IMG/VR virus record: IMGVR_UViG_3300046468_000217
Location: 1 to 25,023 of that record
Source: a virus
Taxonomy: Duplodnaviria > Caudoviricetes
Strand: one strand, 5' to 3'
DNA: 25,023 bases
Shown here: in pieces, positions 9,459 to 17,352 of the stretch
How positions within the stretch are numbered: the first letter of the stretch is position 1
Layout of the letters: each line of letters opens with the position of its first letter
The notes under the pieces: model-generated
Databases searched by the model: none
Seen by the model: only the letters and a program-made list of their open reading frames with translations
What the model was told of the DNA's origin: nothing
Program-made: the position numbers and the translations under genes

Positions 9459-10561
9459 TAGTTAAATCCTTTTGTCAATGCTTTGCCTGTTGCGTATTCT
9501 CTAACATTAAATGCGTTCTGTACATTTGCAGGAGTCTGTTGAACTGCTAAGTCAATTGACATTACAAACTGTACAGGAATACTTGTTGAATAATCAACTT
9601 TCCATTTCTCACTTCTTGATTCATTACTTCCTGACTTTTGGGATGGATCAACTGTTACAAAGTCAACATCTTCTGCATAGGTATAGTTTACGCTTCGCAC
9701 TACTACTGGAATTTTTTCTGCATTGCCCGATCCATATGCACTAAACAATAGTACTGGAGGTGGGCTACCTGCTGTAGCGTTTCTTTCCTTTGCATCACCT
9801 AGGAAAGCACCAAAGTCTCCCTTAGTTGCAAACCTTAAAAAGTGTAGACTTGCTAGTGAGTATTCTGATTCAGCGATTGTTGTCGCTGTGAATGTTGCTG
9901 TTATCTGAATTGTTGGATTGGGAGTGTTCTGATAATACTGTTGTTGGTATACACTATGCGTTGTATCATAGGTTCCATAGTTAGCACTATAATTCCACAT
10001 GATAGTTGGTGTATATGGAAATATAATTCCAAATCCTGTCTTAAGAAGTGGATCCATTAATCCGCCACCCATTAGTAGGTTGTTCTTTGCATTTGTTGAG
10101 TATAGCCTTACTCTATTTTCACTAGGTATACCCGCTACTATCTGTGGCTTCACAGGATCAACTGGTGCTTTATAGTCTTCAAAACTATCCGGTTCCACAA
10201 AGGCTGGTCCAGTTGCATCTTGTTTCTTTGGAACTACTTCTGGTTCAGCTTCATCTTTTTTATATGCTACACCACTCCAGTCTTCACCGGCGGCTTCCAG
10301 TCTTTGTTGTTCTTTAATAGTATCTTTTAAAGCCTGTGCTTCTGATGGTTTAAGTCTTCCCTGATCAACTAAAAAATCTGCTTGTTCTTCATTGACTAGT
10401 GCATAGCCTCCACTATCTGGTTCAACACTACCATCTTCATTAATAAACGGCTTAATTTTTACTGGTGCCGCACCTGAATTGGTGTTGTCACCTGCTCTTG
10501 TATAGCTGGTGTCATCATTTAACAGCATTTGGTCTGGACTTATTTTTTCTATTTTTGCCAT
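9458..10561 (-). CDS. Tail-tube initiator/baseplate-tube junction protein (gp48/gp54-like), putative
   Basis: GIIFPYTPTI...Y...Y......HS.Y and GSPPPVLLFSAYG...PVVV.SV.Y motifs, after an acidic low-complexity N-terminal ~145 aa. TAATG coupling to both neighbours. Confidence 0.6.
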   Translation of the reverse strand: MAKIEKISPDQMLLNDDTSYTRAGDNTNSGAAPVKIKPFINEDGSVEPDSGGYALVNEEQADFLVDQGRLKPSEAQALKDTIKEQQRLEAAGEDWSGVAYKKDEAEPEVVPKKQDATGPAFVEPDSFEDYKAPVDPVKPQIVAGIPSENRVRLYSTNAKNNLLMGGGLMDPLLKTGFGIIFPYTPTIMWNYSANYGTYDTTHSVYQQQYYQNTPNPTIQITATFTATTIAESEYSLASLHFLRFATKGDFGAFLGDAKERNATAGSPPPVLLFSAYGSGNAEKIPVVVRSVNYTYAEDVDFVTVDPSQKSGSNESRSEKWKVDYSTSIPVQFVMSIDLAVQQTPANVQNAFNVREYATGKALTKGFN

Positions 10562-11142
10562 TAGCCTTTTAGCTTCCCCTTAATAAAGTCAAATACCTGT
10601 GCATCAAACTTACCAAAGAAGTCAGTAAAGACTGCAATTTTCTCTTGATCGTCTGCGTCTGAACGCATAACTGCACGGAAGTCACTGGCACTTCTGCCCG
10701 CATCTTTAATAGGCACAGTATATACATAACCAGCTTCATCAGATGTTACAAGTGGCTCACCGTCTTTCCACCATTGTAGGTATCCCATTTTCAATCTGTT
10801 TGCATCTTTTTCACCATACACTAACACAAGAGCAGTTTTCTTTGGATCTCTGCCTGCTTTGGACATGTCAACATTGTATGGGTGCGTTTGTATAATATGA
10901 TTTGCTGGTATGCCAAACATCTTTGTCATTAGTCCAGCTTTCTCATCAAAAGTAAACGGATCACGCTCTGGTTCTGCATTCTTGCCCACCATAGTGCTGA
11001 TAAATACATTGTCTGCACCAAACTTACGAACTAAATCCATATAAACTTGATGGTGTCCGCTGTGCATGGGTTGGAATCTTCCGCCATAAAACACCGCAAT
11101 ATCAGTGGTGGCGGCTTCCATTAATAAATCTGTATAACGCAT
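10561..11142 (-). CDS. HxGH nucleotidyltransferase (cytidylyltransferase-like)
   Basis: GGRFQPMHSGH and SASDFR motifs. Start reassigned to ATG 11142 (MRYTDLLMEA) because AGGAGA lies 6 nt upstream and the track start overlaps a promoter motif. Confidence 0.82.
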   Translation of the reverse strand: MRYTDLLMEAATTDIAVFYGGRFQPMHSGHHQVYMDLVRKFGADNVFISTMVGKNAEPERDPFTFDEKAGLMTKMFGIPANHIIQTHPYNVDMSKAGRDPKKTALVLVYGEKDANRLKMGYLQWWKDGEPLVTSDEAGYVYTVPIKDAGRSASDFRAVMRSDADDQEKIAVFTDFFGKFDAQVFDFIKGKLKG

Positions 11143-11159
11143 TGTAAATCTCCTACTGG

Positions 11160-11167
11160 TATTTAGC
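11160..11167 (-). promoter_or_regulatory. Putative late promoter (GCTAAATA) of the baseplate operon
   Basis: Minus-strand GCTAAATA just upstream of the AGGAGA RBS of the first gene of the leftward structural operon. Confidence 0.65.
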
Positions 11168-11181
11168 ATAGAAAAAACAGG

Positions 11182-11210
11182 TTGACAGGGTATCTAATAG
11201 GTGTTAGTAT
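11182..11210 (+). promoter_or_regulatory. Sigma70-type early/middle promoter
   Basis: TTGACA (11182-11187), 17-bp spacer, TGn-extended TAGTAT (11205-11210), A-tract upstream; RBS AAAGGA and ATG 11233 follow. Confidence 0.82.
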
Positions 11211-11232
11211 TAGTAATAACAAAGGAATAATC

Positions 11233-12099
11233 ATGGCTAGAAACCACTATCTATCGAACAAAGAGTTACTAAAAGAGATCCATCGTTCAAAACTATCCTA
11301 TAGTTGGGTAAGTGATGAGAAATACGAATGGAACGATCTAATTATTAATAGTCTGGATGAAATTAACCCAGAAACGATTGCTGAGGCAAAGCAGACAAGA
11401 GCTGCTAGGATGCAAAAAGAGGCACATGAGGCACAGGTAAAACTGTGGGAACAAGGATTGCTGGAAAGAAAGACAAAGCCCAGAGCTATTGACTTTGCAG
11501 TTGATCCTGATACTATCCCAGTAACAGATGTTGTATTTCGTGTCATGACTTTCGAGCATGTTCCAGAAGAGCCTGGAAGAAAAAGCAATCCTAAACAAGA
11601 AGCAGATTACCACACACGTTGTAACTTCCCTCCTTTCAAACATTTTGCACTAAAAGGTAAAAAGTGGACTGAGGTAGCTAGGAGTCACTGGGAAGGTGGT
11701 AAGGATAATGGACACTTTAGTATTACAAGTGGTAATACTACTGAAAGACTTGCTAAGATGTATCTCATGCTATGTCATAGATACAGTATGCGAGGTAACT
11801 GGCGTGGATACACATATGTAGATGAAATGCGAGGACAAGCCTTGTTGCAGTTAGCACAGATAGGTCTACAGTTTAACGAAGCAAAGAGTCAAAATCCATT
11901 TGCTTATTATACTGCCGCCATTAATAATAGTTTCACAAGAGTGTTGAATCTAGAAAAACGTAGTCAGAATATTAGAGATGATATTCTTGAGGAAGAAGGA
12001 TTGAATCCAAGTTTCACTAGAACATTCAATGCAGAGTGGGAACAGAAGATGGCCAACATTGCAGAAGCCAATCCACAAAAAGAAGAGACAAAGGAATAA
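11233..12099 (+). CDS. gp55: Late-transcription sigma factor, T4 gp55-like
   Basis: HYLSNKELL N-terminus; NWRGYTYVDEM...FNEAKSQNPFAYYT..INNSF.R.LN.EK motif. Start moved from the track TTG (which is the -35 box) to ATG 11233 with RBS AAAGGA; 288 aa. Confidence 0.88.
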   Translation: MARNHYLSNKELLKEIHRSKLSYSWVSDEKYEWNDLIINSLDEINPETIAEAKQTRAARMQKEAHEAQVKLWEQGLLERKTKPRAIDFAVDPDTIPVTDVVFRVMTFEHVPEEPGRKSNPKQEADYHTRCNFPPFKHFALKGKKWTEVARSHWEGGKDNGHFSITSGNTTERLAKMYLMLCHRYSMRGNWRGYTYVDEMRGQALLQLAQIGLQFNEAKSQNPFAYYTAAINNSFTRVLNLEKRSQNIRDDILEEEGLNPSFTRTFNAEWEQKMANIAEANPQKEETKE

Positions 12100-12102
12100 G
12101 TT

Positions 12103-13131
12103 TTGTTATTTGATGAAGTAGTAGTCTTTACCGATATCCATTTCGGTATGAAGAATAATAGTCGCCACCATAACCAAGACTGTGAAGACTTTATTATATG
12201 GATGATTGATCAAGCAAAAGCTCGTGGTATTACAAAATGTATTTTTATGGGAGACTGGCACCACCAACGTGCAAGTATTAACGTAAGTACACTCAACTAT
12301 ACCATAAGTAACTTGCGGAGAATCAATGATGCATTTGAAGAAGTGTATATGATTATGGGAAATCACGATCTCTACTATAGAGAGAAACGTGAGATCAATA
12401 GTATACCAATGGCAGAAGAATATCCCAACATTACTGTTGTAAATGAACTAATAGTCAAGGATAATATTGCCATTGTTCCCTGGCTAGTTGATGATGAACA
12501 CAAGGCTCTTAAGGATCTAAATGTAAAGTATATGTTTGGACACTTTGAATTGCCTAGTTTCTATATGAATGCTATGGTACAGATGCCTGATCATGGACAT
12601 GGAGTTAAGGCTGAGGATTTAACTAAGCCTGAACTTGTGTTTAGTGGACACTTCCATAAACGCCAGAGAGTAGGCAACATTATATATACAGGTAATGCTT
12701 TTCCACATAATTATTCAGATGCATGGGACGATGACAGAGGACTTATGTTCTTAAAGTGGGGAGGCGAGCCAGAATACGTTGCTTGGCCTGATGCTCCTAA
12801 ATATAGAACGATATCTTTAAGTAAACTTATTGACAAACCCGAAGAAGTGTTGTCTAATAAAGTACATTGTCGTATTGCACTAGATGTTCCTATTACATAT
12901 GAAGAAGCAAACTTCATTAAGGAAACATTTGCCGCTCAATATAATCTTCGTGAGATTGCTCTTATGCCTAGTAAGAAAGAGGAACACACAAATGATTGGA
13001 ATAGCGGAATAGATATCGAAGTTGAAAATGTGGATCAGATAGTCCTAAGTCAGCTGGAAACGATACAGAGTGATACCATAAGAAACGAACTACTAATCAA
13101 CATATATAACGGTTTATCAATAAATGCTTAA
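12103..13131 (+). CDS. gp47: Recombination endonuclease subunit, gp47/Mre11/SbcD-like
   Basis: Metallophosphoesterase motifs DIHFG, GDWHH, GNHD, GHFE, SGHFH; TTG start after AAGGA; coupled to gp46. Confidence 0.93.
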   Translation: MLFDEVVVFTDIHFGMKNNSRHHNQDCEDFIIWMIDQAKARGITKCIFMGDWHHQRASINVSTLNYTISNLRRINDAFEEVYMIMGNHDLYYREKREINSIPMAEEYPNITVVNELIVKDNIAIVPWLVDDEHKALKDLNVKYMFGHFELPSFYMNAMVQMPDHGHGVKAEDLTKPELVFSGHFHKRQRVGNIIYTGNAFPHNYSDAWDDDRGLMFLKWGGEPEYVAWPDAPKYRTISLSKLIDKPEEVLSNKVHCRIALDVPITYEEANFIKETFAAQYNLREIALMPSKKEEHTNDWNSGIDIEVENVDQIVLSQLETIQSDTIRNELLINIYNGLSINA

Positions 13132-14893
13132 AATCAAAAATATTACAGTAAAAAACTTTATGAGTGTGGGTAATGTTACTCAAGCCGTACAATTTGATGA
13201 TCAAGGACTAACACTAGTCCTAGGTAATAACATTGACTTGGGAGGAGATGGTTCACGTAACGGTACAGGTAAAACTACAATAGTTAATGCACTAAGTTAT
13301 GCACTATATGGTAATGCTCTGTATAATATTAAGAAGGATAACCTAGTTAATAAAACCAACAACAAACAGATGTTGGTAACTGTTGACTTTGAGAAAGACG
13401 GACAAAGTTATCGTATTGAACGTGGTAGAAAGCCAAACTTGTTCAAGTATATAGTTGATGATATTGACAATGCATCAACAGATGAGATGCAGGGTGAAGG
13501 ACGTGAGAGTCAAGCAGTAATTGAACGTACTCTGGGTATGAGTCATACTATGTTTAAACACGTTGTTGCACTCAATACATATACTGAACCTTTCCTTAGT
13601 ATGAGAGCTAATGATCAACGTGAACTTATTGAGCAATTGCTGGGTATAACAAAACTTAGTGAGAAAGCTGATGTACTAAAGGATCTTGTAAAGCAGAATA
13701 AGGATAGTATTCAAGAAGAAACATATAAAATCAGAGGTACTGAAGAAGCCAATGAACGTATTGGCAGTAGTATCAAGGATCTAGAACGTAGACAATCAGT
13801 ATGGTCCAACAGACGTGATAGAGATGTCGTGGATCTATGCCAGGAACTGGCTGATCTTGAGAAAGTTGATATTGATGCTGAACTACAAGCACATATTGCC
13901 TTTGCAGAGTTTAATAGTCGTAGAACACAGATAGACACAGTAAATGCCGAGATTGCAAGGCTAACAACTACTATTGAACGTGAACAAAAACGTATGGATA
14001 AAGCACAAAAGGACTTGGATCATACCCTAGATCACAAATGTTATGCATGTGGACAGGAACTACATGATGAAGCACATGAAAAGATTGTGGCAACTAAGAC
14101 AGAGGCTGTTGCAGATTCAGTAAGACATATTACTTCTGACAGCGAAAAGATAAATGATTATAAGAGTGCCTTGATGGATATTGGTGAACTAGGTACAGCA
14201 CCTTTACTGCATTATAACACAGTACAGGAAGCATATGAGCATCAAAATAAGATAAGCACTACGGATACAGAAATTAAACGTAAGCAAGCAGAATTAGATC
14301 CTTATGAGGAGCAGATTGATACACTTCGCAATACTGGTTTACAAGAAATAGACTGGAGCGAAGTCAATAGACTCACAGAGCTTAAAGATCACCAGGACTT
14401 CCTACTAAAGTTGCTTACAAATAAAGACAGCTTTATCCGTAAAAGGATAATTGAACAAAATCTACAGTTTATGAACAGTAGATTAGAATATTATATTACT
14501 CGTTTGGGATTACCACATGAAGTGCAGTTCCAATCGGATCTAACAGTTAGTATTATACAGTTAGGACAGGATTTAGATTTTGATAACCTATCTCGTGGTG
14601 AACGTAACAGACTTATACTAGGTTTAAGTTGGGCGTTCAGAGATGTGTTTGAAAGTATGAACCATCCTATTAACCTAATATGTATTGATGAACTTGTTGA
14701 TAGTGGTATGGATACAATTGGTGTTGAGAGTGCTCTAGGAGTACTTAAAAAGATGGAGCGTGAACGTAATAAAAACATTTTGCTTATTTCTCATAGGGAT
14801 GAACTTGTTGGCCGTGTTAATAGTGTACTACAAGTCACAAAGGAAAACGGATTTACAACGTTTAGTACCGAAGTGGAAATAGTTGACGCATGA
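13124..14893 (+). CDS. gp46: Recombination ATPase subunit, gp46/Rad50/SbcC-like
   Basis: Walker A NGTGKTT, coiled coils with central CYAC zinc hook, signature LSRGE, Walker B ICIDE, LISH H-loop. Confidence 0.95.
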   Translation: MLKIKNITVKNFMSVGNVTQAVQFDDQGLTLVLGNNIDLGGDGSRNGTGKTTIVNALSYALYGNALYNIKKDNLVNKTNNKQMLVTVDFEKDGQSYRIERGRKPNLFKYIVDDIDNASTDEMQGEGRESQAVIERTLGMSHTMFKHVVALNTYTEPFLSMRANDQRELIEQLLGITKLSEKADVLKDLVKQNKDSIQEETYKIRGTEEANERIGSSIKDLERRQSVWSNRRDRDVVDLCQELADLEKVDIDAELQAHIAFAEFNSRRTQIDTVNAEIARLTTTIEREQKRMDKAQKDLDHTLDHKCYACGQELHDEAHEKIVATKTEAVADSVRHITSDSEKINDYKSALMDIGELGTAPLLHYNTVQEAYEHQNKISTTDTEIKRKQAELDPYEEQIDTLRNTGLQEIDWSEVNRLTELKDHQDFLLKLLTNKDSFIRKRIIEQNLQFMNSRLEYYITRLGLPHEVQFQSDLTVSIIQLGQDLDFDNLSRGERNRLILGLSWAFRDVFESMNHPINLICIDELVDSGMDTIGVESALGVLKKMERERNKNILLISHRDELVGRVNSVLQVTKENGFTTFSTEVEIVDA

Positions 14894-15078
14894 TACCTGA
14901 TGATGACGACAATGATGAAGGATTCATTAGTTTGGATATGTTTAGCAACAAAGGATACAAGGACGCAGATCCTGATACACCTTTCACCACAACACCTGAT
15001 TATGGAATACTAGAAGTTAAGAAAGAACTAGGTGTGGATATCATACAGGAAATAAAGAAGACGTTTGAAGATGATTGA
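14890..15078 (+). CDS. Small acidic hypothetical protein
   Basis: 62 aa; ATGA overlap with the gp46 stop and overlap with the next start; fills the gap exactly. Confidence 0.6.
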   Translation: MIPDDDDNDEGFISLDMFSNKGYKDADPDTPFTTTPDYGILEVKKELGVDIIQEIKKTFEDD

Positions 15079-15580
15079 GTACGTTATTCCACTACAAGAT
15101 TTTACATGGGATAAACAATCTCTATATGATGCACAAGATAATCACCCCAACTACAAAGCCAATGGTTTGTACAAAAAACTACATGCCTTTGATACTTCTA
15201 CAGAAGCAAAAATGTGGGATTTGATGGAATATGATATTCCTGTGGCGCAGGAAATTGAAGATAGATTTAATTGCCGGACTGACAGCAAGTTTACAAAGGT
15301 GCTGGCTGGTGGTTATATGCCCACACATATTGATCCAGGTAGAACTGCGGTTGTTATGTTTTCTTTAACGGACAATCCTAGTCCGGTTGTATATTTTGAT
15401 GGAGAAAAAGAAATCTTTACACATCACTATGATTGTGCTACTATTATAAATGCAAAGATACATCATGGTGTTCCTGTCAATACAAGTGATAGGATTGCGT
15501 TTCAGGTAAATTTATACTTGCCTTGGGACGAAGCATGTAAAATGCATCAGGAAGGAACACTTTATGACTCACACATTTAA
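15071..15580 (+). CDS. 2OG-Fe(II) oxygenase-like protein
   Basis: HxD (PTHID), distal H (IHHGV) and R (DRIAFQ) in double-stranded beta-helix spacing. ATG 15071 preferred over the track TTG 15065. Confidence 0.7.
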   Translation: MIEYVIPLQDFTWDKQSLYDAQDNHPNYKANGLYKKLHAFDTSTEAKMWDLMEYDIPVAQEIEDRFNCRTDSKFTKVLAGGYMPTHIDPGRTAVVMFSLTDNPSPVVYFDGEKEIFTHHYDCATIINAKIHHGVPVNTSDRIAFQVNLYLPWDEACKMHQEGTLYDSHI

Positions 15581-16427
15581 AAGAGGTGTTGTTTGGCAAG
15601 CTGGTGCTAGTGGAAATTTTATCTGCAGTCAGTTTGTTCCACCAGAAGAAGTCATGTACTTTGAAGAAGGAAACGAATACAAAGTAAAGAATAACTTTAA
15701 ATATTTTTTAAACATCAGCAAAGAAATATTGCCAGAAATGGAAACCATTGCATGTCACCCTTTTCCCACCAAGTGGATACAAGATAATGACATTTATATT
15801 GATGAACTTTTGATGGTTAAGCCTGATTGGTTTAGTGAACTATTGTTGTATGCCAAAAGAATGATGCAGTTTAGAGCATCGCCAAATGATCTAGTTTGGA
15901 TGGTAAAGCAATCATACAAATTAAGTTACAACAAAGAATTAGATTGGCATAATTTTAAAGATGTGCAAGCACTAATAAAAATTTGTGATAGAATAAAACA
16001 AGATACTGGATTAAACACTGGTGACATTAGCCGTCAAAATACCTTGTGTGTATTATACCTGGTGTGGTTAAAGTCTAAGAAACTTAGTGACGATAACGAC
16101 AATTTAAAAGCATTTCTAAGACAAGAACTTATTGACCCTTGTATGAAAGCCGTTGAACGTAACACGCATCTAAACACTGAACCGTATGATAATGCAGTTA
16201 TAGAGTTGGAAGCAACAGGAAAGATAGGCAAGGTTCATAATGTAGATTATGAAGATTTGTTTATTAACTGTAACAGCGTTATTGGTATAGACGTCAATGA
16301 CATAAAAGATTACAGTACCAAGAATGTAGACTTGTTGAATATAATTTGTAAAATTACAGACAGTACTGATCTGTTGACAAGACTAGATTCTTTTAAAGAG
16401 AAACTGAATAAGGCAACTAATGGGTGA
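15564..16427 (+). CDS. Hypothetical protein, weakly sulfotransferase/P-loop-like
   Basis: 287 aa. N-terminal strand plus AGASGNFI loop and late VDYEDLF resemble sulfotransferase-fold motifs. The ORF is well supported; the function is weakly supported. Confidence 0.45.
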   Translation: MTHTFKRGVVWQAGASGNFICSQFVPPEEVMYFEEGNEYKVKNNFKYFLNISKEILPEMETIACHPFPTKWIQDNDIYIDELLMVKPDWFSELLLYAKRMMQFRASPNDLVWMVKQSYKLSYNKELDWHNFKDVQALIKICDRIKQDTGLNTGDISRQNTLCVLYLVWLKSKKLSDDNDNLKAFLRQELIDPCMKAVERNTHLNTEPYDNAVIELEATGKIGKVHNVDYEDLFINCNSVIGIDVNDIKDYSTKNVDLLNIICKITDSTDLLTRLDSFKEKLNKATNG

Positions 16428-16884
16428 TTGGAAATACAAAAGACAGATCGTAGAAAGTCTACCGGAAGACTGCGTGGGATTTGTTTATATAATCACTAAT
16501 ACTATTACAGGCAAAAAATACATTGGCAAAAAACTGGCAAAATTCGCAAAAACAAAATACAAAATGCACACACAAAAAAATGGCAAAAAAGTTAGAAAAA
16601 AGATAAGATCAAAAATAGACTCAGACTGGCAAGAATATTATGGCTCCTCAAAGGCACTAACAGCAGATATAGAAAACTTAGGCAAAGACAAATTTAAAAG
16701 AGAGATATTGTTCTATTGTGCCTCAAAGGCAGAATGCTCATACATTGAAGCAAGAGAACAATTTACACACAGAGTACTTGAAAGTGATGATTACTATAAT
16801 GGTCACATACAAGTTCGTGTTCATGGCTCACATATACTAACAGAACAACTCTTAAACAATCCCACAGACACAAAGTCAAACTAA
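16420..16884 (+). CDS. Stand-alone GIY-YIG nuclease
   Basis: GFVYIITN..TGKKYIGKK, SDWQEYYGSS, FKREIL..C..K.E.SY.E (candidate catalytic Glu), YYN; single domain of 154 aa. Confidence 0.88.
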   Translation: MGDWKYKRQIVESLPEDCVGFVYIITNTITGKKYIGKKLAKFAKTKYKMHTQKNGKKVRKKIRSKIDSDWQEYYGSSKALTADIENLGKDKFKREILFYCASKAECSYIEAREQFTHRVLESDDYYNGHIQVRVHGSHILTEQLLNNPTDTKSN

Positions 16885-16907
16885 TATAGGCAAAGAATGC
16901 TCCGATT

Positions 16908-17218
16908 GGTCGTGATAGCTCGACCCACCTTGAACGCATGGGAACGCATGTTTGGATCTGGTGTAGCAAAGTGTCACTGCGTTGGTTTGACAAACCGAAA
17001 TGATCAAGCTCTTCTGACAATTGAAACTTGAGGGTAGCACAAAGTCGTTGATATGGCAATGTGTGTTCCTGCGTTATTAAGCAGTAAGTAAAAAGGTACC
17101 GCGTAACCGCCTTTTCCTAGCGTTAATTAGGTTTTACTATATCGATGTGTTGACTTTGACGGGAAAAGTCGATTTTGCATTTGGCCTTATCAGGCTAAGT
17201 GTGAATGACAGATCAAGG
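16908..17218 (+). ncRNA. Candidate structured non-coding RNA of unknown family
   Basis: Eight or more back-to-back stems with many G-U pairs valid only on the + strand; 3' TGACAGATCAAGG (17206-17218) pairs with 5' CCTT (16928-31), GATCTG (16955-60) and TCA (16974-76). Visibly more GC-rich than the flanks and without a credible ORF. Confidence 0.65.
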
Positions 17219-17228
17219 AAAAGACATA

Positions 17229-17236
17229 TATAAATA
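17229..17236 (+). promoter_or_regulatory. Putative late promoter TATAAATA
   Basis: Exact T4 late consensus upstream of ORF 17353, but within a very AT-rich tract where chance matches are likely. Confidence 0.45.
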
Positions 17237-17288
17237 CCATATAATAATATATTATAATTACCATATATAGATTAGTAATAATAATCGA

Positions 17289-17327
17289 AATACCGTAGGT
17301 ATTGAAGATTAGATGCCGTAAGGCATC
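17289..17327. repeat. Twin perfect inverted repeats sharing a CCGTA(A)GG core
   Basis: AATACC-GTA-GGTATT (17289-17303) and GATGCC-GTAA-GGCATC (17312-17327). Confidence 0.8.
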
Positions 17328-17352
17328 ACTAATATGACAGCAAAGATATATA

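Noticed and set aside
11182-11232. Track start (TTG) of the gp55-like ORF; likewise 11169 for the NTase
   Set aside because: These codons fall within promoter motifs; downstream ATGs have good RBSs.
16932-16950. Direct repeat GAACGCATG x2 as a CRISPR or iteron array
   Set aside because: Only two adjacent 9-mers with no spacers; fits within a hairpin.
17014-17027. Hammerhead-like CTGACAA..GAAAC
   Set aside because: The core should be CTGANGA with a stem II before GAAA; both are missing.
16763-17059. 98-aa minus-strand ORF over the structured region
   Set aside because: Overlaps the GIY-YIG gene antisense, has no motif or RBS, and the region is better explained by + strand RNA structure.
16420-17352. 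Group I intron carrying a GIY-YIG homing endonuclease
   Set aside because: No interrupted host gene (flanking ORFs look complete and unrelated) and no recognisable P7 core; AAGATATA at 17343 lacks the GTCC continuation.
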